A stretch of 63,567 bases of DNA, counting the filler, from Folioceros fuciformis (lineage: Eukaryota), in the NCBI GenBank assembly GCA_049999805.1. It is 9 parts of 9 records of this genome, joined end to end, with 100 filler letters (N's around TTAATTAATTAA, not from the genome) between each part and the next. Parts side by side here need not be neighbours in the genome. Positions count along the whole stretch, not along the records: positions 54,016 to 60,240 come from JBNGIO010003349.1; positions 60,341 to 62,239 come from JBNGIO010003357.1; positions 62,340 to 63,567 come from JBNGIO010003362.1; 6 more parts are not named here. One strand, 5' to 3'. A program made the position numbers and the translations under genes. Shown here piece by piece: positions 54,016 to 63,567 of the stretch. The notes beneath the pieces were generated by a model, which was given only the letters and a program-made list of their open reading frames with translations, was not told the DNA's origin and searched no databases. The number at the start of each line of letters is the position of its first letter. Within the stretch, counting starts at the first letter, position 1.

Positions 54016-55959
54016 CCCATACTCTGCTCGCTCTGCCCACTTATCCGTGTACTTCATGCACGACCCCTGCCCATCATACTTCTCACCCCACCTTCAAAAA
54101 GCACGCTGCAGACCGTCACAGACTAGAAGAAGAAGCAATACTGGAACAGCGAGCGCAAGCCCTTCACTCACCTCTCATGCCACACGTGTGCATGACCCGG
54201 CTCTAATGTGGTGGTAGGATCAACCTGGCTCCATTTGTCCGCCCACTTCTCTGCCTTCCCGGCGGCATCGTATTGCTCCCACCACTTTTCATGCCACTGC
54301 CCTCCCTGCCCATTCTTAGCCCATTTGTCTGCACTCTTCTCCATGTGGGGCAGACCACTCAAGGCATCCTGCGCAAGCATCATATCACATGTTCCCCGCA
54401 ATGTGCTGTTCAGTCTCTCAGCTTGCACACAAAAGCCACAAGACTTCAACAGTAGCCTTCCGTACCTGCCACATGCTTTCCTTCCAAGATTCACGCCAAA
54501 CACCACCTGTTGCATCACGGCCCGACTTCTCAGCCCCCAGCTCCTTGTAGTCAAAGTCATCGTACGCCTCCCAGAACTTCTCTTCCCACTCCAGAGACTC
54601 ATCAGCACTTACTCCTCTGACTACCGTCCAGTGACACACTATACCATCCTCTCTTTCTTCAACCCCTGTCTCCTTCCACCATCGTGAGCCATCTGCCTTC
54701 ACACCCTGGCTCACGCCATTCGCACTCTGCTGCTCTTGAGTCGCAAATAGGGCAGCTTCGTGAAGCTCTATCTCAGGGACTCTGATGTCAAGTTCAGTAT
54801 GAAGTGCTTGCACCTCGGTGTGCTTTTCAACTTGTATCAGAGATTGCATTGGAGGGAGAGATGGCATCAACCTGCTTGAAAAGTTGAATGCAGAATCTCG
54901 TCTCTCTCCGTCCGAATCGCTCTCGAATCTCAGGGGCAGGCTCTCGACGCTCCGATCCTTCTCCACAAGAGGTGGCATCCGCCTTGAAGAAGGATCAGGC
55001 CGTTGGCGGCGAGGAGCAAAATTTCCAGGGGTGGACCCATTCTCCAGTGGAGGAGGTGTCCATGCCCAGAAGTCCGGACCCGGCGTAGCCTTTAAACCCA
55101 GTGTTGAAGAAGCAGCACTGGGACTCCCTGGAGACGCAACATCACGACTGAGCGCTTGACACACAACAAATTGCGCATGCAGGGTATACAAGGCACAAAA
55201 GAAAATTCTGGTGAGCCACAAACCTGACGCCCCTGATTTGCCAAACTGTCGTAACGGTGAGCCTCGGACTTCCACAGAGGAAACGGGTAGCCAGTTGGAG
55301 GCCGAAGCAGAAACCGCAACGGAGGGTGATGAAGGGGAAGAAGCAGAGGGGAAGGTGAGATTGGGATTAGGCGAGGGAGAGGGTGGCAAATCAGCAAGCA
55401 GAGCCTGAGCAGCAGCCAGAGCTGCGGCTGCTCTATCTACCACTTGCCGCCGCTGAACCTTGTCCCTTTCCTCTGCCGGCACTTGCAGGATGCTCTCGAA
55501 CTGTTTCTCCCTGCGCAAATGCGCTGCGCGTTGGATTTCATCCTCCGAAAACGCCTCCTTCTCAGCTGCTGGGGTCTCCGCAGCTTCCGAAGTTTTCTTG
55601 GTCAGCCTCTCCTGCTCTTGTCGCTCCCTGGCTCGCCTCCACATGCTGAGAAAAGACCCATCTGCACCGGCCCGCGTCTCTGTGGCAGAGACACCGGCAA
55701 AACCAAATCCAGACTCTCCCTTGCCGGCAACAATTCGGAAATCCCTCCTTCGCTCTCCATCCGCCTCAAGCCTCCAGACAGCTGTCTGCGCACCGCTCAG
55801 TCGCAGGGAGAAAAAGCGGGTAACCAGAGGCCAGTTCTTGAACTCAGACAAAAGTCTGCTGGTGGAAGAAGATGACGCCGGGTGGGAGTAGGGGTGGCGG
55901 GGAAAGCCACCAAAATTTTCCACATTCCCTGGACTCCTGGCTCCGCAGGACACAGCCAT
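54016..55959 (-). CDS. LESV: LIKE EARLY STARVATION starch-granule protein (3' end truncated)
   Basis: Transit-peptide-like N-terminus, QVVDRAAAALAAA, PGPDFWAWTPP, Trp-rich domain DGSRWWKETG...WEEKFWEA...WHEKWWEQYD...HVWHERWGEKYDG. First in-frame ATG at 55959. Confidence 0.88.
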
Positions 55960-56871
55960 TGCGCCCCGAAACTTGATTTGGCTTACGGGCTCATAACCGG
56001 CCAAACCCCCGCGCAAGTTCCTCACAGGTGCAATGCATCCCACCCTTAGCGGAGTTCCGGACTAGAGCAACATGAAAGTCGGAATTGGTCAGGTCATACC
56101 AAGGGTGTAGCTTCCCCGTGCAGGTTGCACCGAATGCCGTCGAATTCGGGCGCAGAGCCCACCCCGTTTGCTCTCCGCTCACCTCGAAGTACCGAGATTG
56201 AGCGCGCAATCGAGCAAGCTTCGGCAGACGGAGGAGGAGGAGAGAACACAAATAAAATAATTGCAAAAAGCGGACAGTCCATCACATGCTGCCAGCGAGG
56301 GAGGTTCCCCAGATCCCCCGGGTGGCAGAGGTGTCGGCTGCAAGCTTCCTGTGATGTGCCACGCGCGGCAACCGTATTAGTCATTCGCACCACCTCGCAC
56401 AAAGTAGGAAGCTAGGATGCTAGCAGCCCATAAGTCGACAACACTGACTGAATCCGAGCTGTAATGAACGAGCTCAACCCAACCACTTTATGACTGGCAT
56501 GCCTTTGAACCTTTCCCTACCTTTACACAGGGGCTCTGTATGTAGTTCAGATGTAACAATCCCGAACGGACTACGGCTTTCATATGATTCGGAAAATGCA
56601 TGATCTGGAATAAAATCGACTGTGGGCCCGAGAACACAAAAACGAACCACAGACGTTCCCAAGCTGATCAACCGATACCTACCCAGGAAATCTGAGAGCA
56701 TGTAACTCATATAACCCAGTGAGCGCGGACGTGCCAATTCAATCCACGGGTCATTGCCACGCAGTGAGGTGTGAGAAAGCCTTTCTCTTGATTCTGAGGT
56801 TCGCCAGTCATTCTACGATACCTGACCGCCGTATGGATGGATCTGCTCTTCCAAAGTCGCTGCACCATCAT

Positions 56872-59302
56872 TTACAGACTAGGAGGGTACCACAACCTCA
56901 CTTTCCTATCGCTACTTGCCGTGGCCAAAATTGTAGCCATTCCACGTTCTGCCCGACATGCTCTTCGTCAGCAGCTAGCAGGACATCCATAGGCAATAAT
57001 ACGTACAGGAAATAAAACCTTAAACGGGCCCAAGAAGATTGGTGTTCACCTGTAGGAACAAGCTGAGGAGCCCACGCTAATGCAGTTATGTCTCCTGCAC
57101 CACCATTATATCACCAATATTGCAAACGCACCAGTCATGCACTTCGAGAATATCACGCGGGCAGTGCTTCTGACAACTACTGACAAGCTAGTGCACCCGA
57201 GAATGCACAAGGCCTTACCATCATGAGCCCCGTGAGCAGTGTCTAACACTGTGCCTGTCTCTGCACTCAACCATTGAAGAGTTGAGCCCTTGGTTACGGC
57301 AAGAATGCTGTTATCTGGCGACACCGCCAACCTGTCATATTGTGTTGGTGCACCCTTTTCATTCAGCAAAGGGATAGAAAACACTTTCAAGCATTTTGGA
57401 TCCTCCTGCAGATGATAACGCACTGCACATGCATTCAACGCTCAAAATTCCAGCACATCGGTAGCAGAGATGCAGACCCTATCTCTTAAGGTCCACAAAC
57501 ACCACCTACCACAGCACAATTCATTAATGTTTCTCACCATTCATGTTCCAGATCCTAATCGAGCCATCCTTCGATGCTGTGATGATTTGTTGGGAGTCCC
57601 AGGTGAAGCAGAGCCATGTGACGGCGCTCTGTAGCATTTGAAAAGCTCATTGAAAGAAACAGGAAAAAGGGGGGAAAAAACTGTTTAACCGATCTGTGTG
57701 ACGAAGACTCCCCTCAGCAGCGGCCAACATTTCTCCTATTGCTACAAGCAGTCCAAAAGTACCTTATGCCCCTTCAGTTGCATCACTTTTACCAATTCTC
57801 GAACTTGTCCGTCCCTCCCATAAACAATTTCCCAGATCTGCATCAAGAGACCCGTATTTGAATAGCTCGCTTGAATTACTGGAAAATCTAAATAAAGAGG
57901 CGAGATTCGAAATCTGTGGATTGAAATCCAAACATCTCACCTTAACATCGGCAGTGAATGCTGCAGCAGACAAGAAGCGGCCATCTGGCGACAAGGCTGC
58001 CATAGTATTCTTGAGCTGGTTCGTATCTACAGATCCAAGAAACTTGCCAGTTTTTGCCAACCAAAGCTTGATGTCTGTCCCTGTAGAACTGACAAGCATG
58101 AGATACACAAAGTTAAACTGGTTTCAGGATTGGCAGAAGTTACAGCAAGAAGTACCTTCAGAACACGATGCCACAATCACGCTCCCATCGCCTGTTCCAT
58201 GGGTAGCTGTAGAATTGACCAACGTAAGAATGTCCTTTGAGTCATGAACATTTTTGTTCTCCCACTTTATCTCTGGAGGTGCCAGCTTGCCCTGTTGTTT
58301 TGCCACATCTGCTCCCCGGCCGTCGATAGATCCATACATAAGCAGTTCAGCTCCAGATATACTCCGAGAGGCCACAACAAGCTTTGATTCATCATCTCCA
58401 AAAACCACATCCGTAGGTGTGCGACCACTGGGAATGTTGATGCGCATGACCCTGCATGTGATACAAATCAGGCCCACGTCCACAACCTTCCATCTAGACC
58501 AATAATTCACTCGTGCTATGGAGCCATTTCTGAGGGAACGGGGAAATAAGTCCAGGGGAAACATCGGCATACTTGAGATTCTTACTCGAAGCATTTTCAA
58601 GCTTAACGACCCGCACAACTCCATCCCCACATGCTGTTTACACACAAGACGGAAGACCCATGGAACAACAGTTCATGCGATGAGCAAAAGTTTAGGGTGT
58701 TGATCTAGTGCACAGCATTTCTCTGCACCTTGTCCAACAGAGGATAAGAGCTGGAATAGGCACACCTGTCCAAAAGAGGTAGCTCCTGGAGTTCATGCAG
58801 GACATGACGAAACCACGAAAACTGGACGTACCTGTGGCCAAACTTCGTCCATTTGATGAAAAGCTTAAGCCTGTAACAGCGTCGGAGTGCCCCTTCAGAG
58901 TGTTGAGCTCCAACTTATGAAGCTTGTGAAGGTTCTGCGTAATGTGCAACAACATCGTGCGTTAGGAAGCAAATTAGGTCGGCCAGCGCATGCGGATCAG
59001 ATCTCCAGCCCTACCTCCCACCTCGCGCAACGAGGCTGTCACAAAAAGACTGCTGCTGAAATTCAGCGGCCACAACTGCAATAGAAACCAACCCTTTCTG
59101 CGGCAAAAGATCTGTGCTTGGCGTACAAGGCTGCCTTTTTAGCTGGGAGAGATGCAAGAGTAGGTTGCTGTTCCTCGGACTGATCTCTTGAATGCTGCTG
59201 CTTGACCAAATGTTGCTGGCGCCGAAGATTAAATACCGACAAACAAACGAGTGCCGCGGCAGAGGTGAAGAGAACACCTACGAACGTTACCCAGTCCATC
59301 AT
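56872..59302 (-). CDS. Transducin beta-like 2 (TBL2)-type WD40 protein with N-terminal membrane anchor
   Basis: N-terminal hydrophobic segment, LNTLKGHSDAVTGLSFSSNG, DTNQLKNTMAALSPDGRFLSAAAFTADVK, VMQLKGHK, TASKDGSIRIWNMN/VRYHLQEDPK, LATASSDRKVRLW; stop at 56874-56872. Confidence 0.88.
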
Positions 59303-59769
59303 ACAGGCACAACAATCCCTATAGATTTGGCTAATTTATACAAACCGAGCCGAACTGGCTGTAAGTATGTACCGCTTAACTATACCCGACTTCCACTCTG
59401 AATCGCGGCAAAGTCGGACGTTTGGATTTCCTGTAGTGTGGGCCAATGGACTCAACTTATACGCGTGAAGTACCCGTGCGTACTAACCCTAATAAGTTGT
59501 CCGGCCGTGCTCGTCAGTTCCAAGCTGTTTACCCAGCGTTTGGGCGGGAGGACGTGTGGAGGGGGGACTGCCAATTGGCCAAGTTATAGATGCTGGTCAG
59601 GTTATTTTATTCAAAGTGATCGAGGGCGTATGAGATTTGAAGCTTATTTTTTAGATTAAAATATTTTNNNNNNNNNNNNNNNNNNNNNNNNNNNNNNNNN
59701 NNNNNNNNNNNNNNNNNNNNNNNNNNNNNNNNNNNNNNNNNNNNNNNNNNNNNNNNNNNNNNNNNNNTA

Positions 59770-60147
59770 TTGAGATTTAATTTAATATATATAATTTACT
59801 ATATGAAAATAAATAATATATCAAAAACTACAATGATTATCGGTAACCAGTTTTTGGAACTTCCCTATGATATACAAGAGACCATCTTACTGAAAATAAT
59901 TGAGAGTGCATGGGATTTAAAATTATTTGTTGGGATTAAAACACTTCATATTCATATTCATCCTACTTGGAATAACATTATTAGCATACAAAATATTCCT
60001 TCCATGGATCGCAAAATTATTGATATTATGTCATTGATTCCTTACATGGTGGATTATGTTATGGTCTCAATCAACAAATCACACAATGATCCTACAACAT
60101 TGTTAATTAAAGCAAAAGATTTCTATCCGCTATTGTTTTCAAGGTGA
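59770..60147 (+). CDS. AT-rich ORF with F-box-like start
   Basis: FLELPYDIQETILLKI resembles an F-box core; AT-rich segment between gaps. Confidence 0.25.
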   Translation: MRFNLIYIIYYMKINNISKTTMIIGNQFLELPYDIQETILLKIIESAWDLKLFVGIKTLHIHIHPTWNNIISIQNIPSMDRKIIDIMSLIPYMVDYVMVSINKSHNDPTTLLIKAKDFYPLLFSR

Positions 60148-60240
60148 CAAGAAATTAGTGCATGTTAAGAAGGAAATCATTATCTAGAAATAATAGCTAA
60201 AACCAAGGATAGTTAAAACTATATATATATATATATTAAA

Positions 60241-60340
60241 NNNNNNNNNNNNNNNNNNNNNNNNNNNNNNNNNNNNNNNNNNNNTTAATTAATTAANNNN
60301 NNNNNNNNNNNNNNNNNNNNNNNNNNNNNNNNNNNNNNNN
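60241..60340. other. Artificial contig-join linker
   Basis: N44-TTAATTAATTAA-N44. Confidence 0.97.
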
Positions 60341-60960
60341 ATGGATGTACATCTAGTTGGGATGGATGTCGGGGTCGGTGCACATTGGCATGGATGTACA
60401 TCTAGTTGGGATGGATGTACATCTAGTTGGGATGGATGTCGGGGTCGGTGCACATTGGCATGGATGTACATCTAGTTGGGATGGATGTCGGGGTCGGTGC
60501 ACATCTCTAGTTGGGATGGATGTCGGGGTCTCGGTGCACATCTCTAGTTGGGATGGATATCGGGGTCGGTGCACATCTCTAGTTAGGATGGATGTCGGGT
60601 CAGTGCACATCGAGTTGGGATGGATGTCGGGGTCGGTGCACATTGGCATGGATGTACATCTAGTTGGGATGGATGTTGGGGTCGGTGCACATCTCTAGTT
60701 GGGATGGATGTCGGGGTCTCGGTGCACATCTCTAGTTGGGATGGATNNNNNNNNNNNNNNNNNNNNNNNNNNNNNNNNNNNNNNNNNNNNNNNNNNNNNN
60801 NNNNNNNNNNNNNNNNNNNNNNNNNNNNNNNNNNNNNNNNNNNNNNGATGTCGGGGTCGGTGCACATCTCTAGTTGGGATGGATGTCGGGGTCGGTGTAC
60901 ATCTCTAGTTGGGATGGATGTCGGGGTCGGTGCACATCTCTAGTTGGGATGGATGTCGGG
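60341..60960. repeat. Satellite array, ~35-bp core with 21/37/49-bp variants
   Basis: GATGTCGGGGTCGGTGCACATCTCTAGTTGGGATG repeated on both sides of the internal gap. Confidence 0.93.
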
Positions 60961-60975
60961 GATGTTGTGACGGAT

Positions 60976-61272
60976 GATCTAAAAAATAGATGGAGATTCA
61001 AAATTTTCTCAAAGCTTTCGAGCGAACCCGGAGGCTGAGGTCTCATGGAAGAAACTGGTGACCGACTGACTCGGATTCCAAGAATCTGTGGTTCTGCCGC
61101 TCGAGTAAGATCCATCCATTTGGCTATCCTACAGCGAGCGCAGCGCAGCATGCATGATCTAAAAAACAGACGGAAGTACAAAATTTTCTCAAAGCTTTCG
61201 AGCGATCCCGGAGGCTGAGGCTGAGATCTCATGGAAGAAACTGGTGAGCGACCGACTCGGACTCCAAGAATC
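60976..61272. repeat. Two direct repeats of ~110 bp, period 180 bp
   Basis: GATCTAAAAAA...CAAAATTTTCTCAAAGCTTTCGAGCGA...CTCATGGAAGAAACTGGTGA...TCCAAGAATC at 60976 and 61156. Confidence 0.85.
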
Positions 61273-61654
61273 GGACCAGTGTGTCCGAGGGGAAACAATT
61301 TGCTTTGTTGCGCACGTCCTCTCTGGTTTGTCTAACAGTAAACAGCGTATCACCGGCGTTCCGGTTTCGGTCCAAGAGAGAAAATTTGCAGGGAATTGTA
61401 CGACCGCGAGAGTTGTGTAGATATGTGCCTAATGACGGACTCGAAGACTTCCGGAAGAGAAGGAAGCACGCATGAACAGGGCATGAACAGGGAGTAGAAG
61501 GCAGACACAGACAGCAAGCACCCTGCATTGCCTTGCCTTGATGATCCATTCCTTTCCCAATCCGGGGCCCTATGCGTCAGGGGTTAGGGTCCGAAATGGA
61601 ATGGGGGTAGCGTGGGCGAGGGTGGAGGACTAGGGCTGGGGTCCAAGCCTCTTG

Positions 61655-62239
61655 TCAATGGCCATCCCTACAGACTACAGGAACAGGAGCCGTCGAAGAA
61701 GCGATGAATTCGATTCGCATCTCTGACAAAAGTTTCTCGGCTCTCGAGGCGTGACATCACCTTGGTGCTGCTTTGGCAGTCGTCGCACATGCGCAGGTTT
61801 TTGGTGACAATGATGGTTGCCCCATCCGGCGTGTTCATGAGGCCATAGGTCCAGGTCAGTTTTTCGGCGTGTCTACACAGCGCGTCTTCCTTCTCCTACT
61901 CGGACACCGCCTTGAAGACGAGGTGAGTTTGCGGGACATGGCCACCTTCCTCCTTCAACCTCCAATTCAGGCTCTTCGCCTTGGAGGAGATGTCGGACCT
62001 ATCTTCCCCCACGGTGAACTCATGCACCGTGTTGCTCACCTCGATGCATGCCTTTGCTGGCTTCTTGGTGGCACCTACTGACTTCCTCAGCCCTTCCACC
62101 CTGTCCACATCGTCCCACCTGCCTGCGTTTGCGTACAGGTTCCCCAACAACACGTAGGAACTAGCAGCTCGAGGTGCCAATTCCACGAGGTCCTGGAAGC
62201 AGCGTTGCCCGCGCTCTACATCACCGTAGCTCTTGCAAG
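61655..62239 (-). pseudogene. PPR E1-E2-DYW:KP C-terminus (DRH-like), recently disrupted
   Basis: SYVLLGNLYANAGRWDD, KKPAKACIEV..VHEFTVG, in-frame TAG at 61898-61896, EDALCRHAEKL, frameshift ~61818, VTKNLRMCDDC, VRDANRIHRFFDGSCSC; ancestral end CRDGH* displaced by a 7-nt duplication. Confidence 0.9.
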
Positions 62240-62339
62240 NNNNNNNNNNNNNNNNNNNNNNNNNNNNNNNNNNNNNNNNNNNNTTAATTAATTAANNNNN
62301 NNNNNNNNNNNNNNNNNNNNNNNNNNNNNNNNNNNNNNN
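62240..62339. other. Artificial contig-join linker
   Basis: N44-TTAATTAATTAA-N44. Confidence 0.97.
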
Positions 62340-63567
62340 CCGAGGGCTTGGCATGAGCGTCTTGCTCAGCATCTGATTCACATCGGATTCAACATGGCAG
62401 ATGCGGATCATTCGTTGTATGTGTGCAAAAGTACAAAACGACTGGTCTTTGTGACCATTTATGTGGATGATCTAATCATTGGAGGTAATCAGTTGGATCA
62501 AGTGGAGCAGATCAAGGAACTTCTACAACAAGAGTTCAAGATGGTGGACCTAGGTGAACTGAGGTTCTTTTTGGGCATTGAAATTATACGAACCAACACA
62601 GGCATTTGGCTGTCACAGCGGAAGTATGCGTCGGATGTACTAACTAAGTATGGTATGGTTGAGTGCAAGCCAATCTCGATTCCTTTGGATCAAAATCTAA
62701 AGCTCAGTGCTCATGATGGTGAAGCACTTGAAGATCCAACAATGTACAGGAAGATTGTGGGNNNNNNNNNNNNNNNNNNNNNNNNNNNNNNNNNNNNNNN
62801 NNNNNNNNNNNNNNNNNNNNNNNNNNNNNNNNNNNNNNNNNNNNNNNNNNNNNNNNNNNNNACTATACAGTGGGATTGCAAAGTCAGTTTATGCAGGCGC
62901 CAAGAAAGCCACATTTGGACGCAGTAAGGCGAACGTTGCGCTATGTGAAGGCAACTATGGATCATCCTCTCTTTTATGTTGCAGATTTAGAAATAAACCT
63001 GTGTGGATACACAGATGCAGATTGGGCAAGCAGTGTTACTGATCGTAGATCTACAAGTGGATTCACTTTTTCACTTGGGAGTGCAGCAATTACATGGAGT
63101 AGCAAGAAGCAGCCTACAGTGGCTTTGTCTAGTACAGAAGCTGAATACAGAGGCGCAGCAATGGCAGCGTGTGAAGTGACTTGGATTTGTAAGTTACTCG
63201 GAGATTTTGGATTGCAGGTCAACGACAAGGTTGTTATCTACTGTGACAATCTTAGCAGCATACAGTTGGCGCGAAACCCAGTGTTTCATGCCAGGACAAA
63301 ACACATTGAAATACATTATCATTTTCTTCGCGAAAGGATTTTATCTGGAGCTATTGATCTTGTGTATGTCAACACAGACGAGCAGATAGCCGATATATTT
63401 ACTAAGCCAATGGGAGCAGAGAAGCTGAAGAAATTCCGAGCTATGTTAGGCGTACAGATGCTATGTTGAGCTCGAGGGGGAGTGTTGAGTTATCGAGCTC
63501 TATATGAGCTAAACTCATGAGGTGTTAGTTATCCCAGTTGGGTTCATACTAGACTAGTTCTAGTTAT
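62340..63567 (+). mobile_element. Ty1/copia RT-RNase H, PPT and start of 3' LTR
   Basis: IYVDDLII, YTDADWAS, RRSTSG, WSSKKQ, SSTEAEY, FHARTKHIE, ADIFTK; PPT GAGGGGGAG at 63474-63482; LTR starts TGTTGAG at 63483. Confidence 0.95.

Noticed and set aside
60341..60960. CRISPR-like array or repeat-protein ORFs
   Set aside because: Intervening segments are recurring modules rather than unique spacers; the ORFs are by-products of the satellite.
61896..61898. TAG in the DYW:KP gene repaired by U-to-C editing
   Set aside because: The gene is nuclear and reverse editing is organellar; a frameshift and a duplication also disrupt it.

Overview
This is eukaryotic land-plant nuclear DNA, most likely a hornwort (inferred from compact genes with ~80-150 bp introns plus KP-type DYW PPR genes, which are known from hornworts, ferns and some lycophytes). 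It is not one continuous locus: eight 100-bp N44-TTAATTAATTAA-N44 linkers join nine separate contigs (1-4492, 4593-10688, 10789-16515, 16616-23092, 23193-34196, 34297-53915, 54016-60240, 60341-62239, 62340-63567). The first ~23 kb and the last ~1.2 kb are decayed, nested transposons (four Ty1/copia elements, Gypsy remnants, LTRs with tRNA-Met PBSs, a probable PIF/Harbinger element) and tandem repeats. Gene islands contain an OCA/PFA-DSP-type phosphatase, GCP2, nuclear RPS16, an intronless beta-tubulin, a Sec14 protein, a SEC12/PHF1-like WD40 protein, LESV and a TBL2-like WD40 protein. The most notable observations are three decayed PPR-DYW:KP (putative U-to-C editing factor) relics, a degenerate beta-class N4C/N6A DNA methyltransferase-like fragment among LTR debris, a divergent intronless beta-tubulin 1.4 kb from GCP2, and a trypsin-like fragment. 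I found no intact, clearly novel system; the methyltransferase relic is the best lead.
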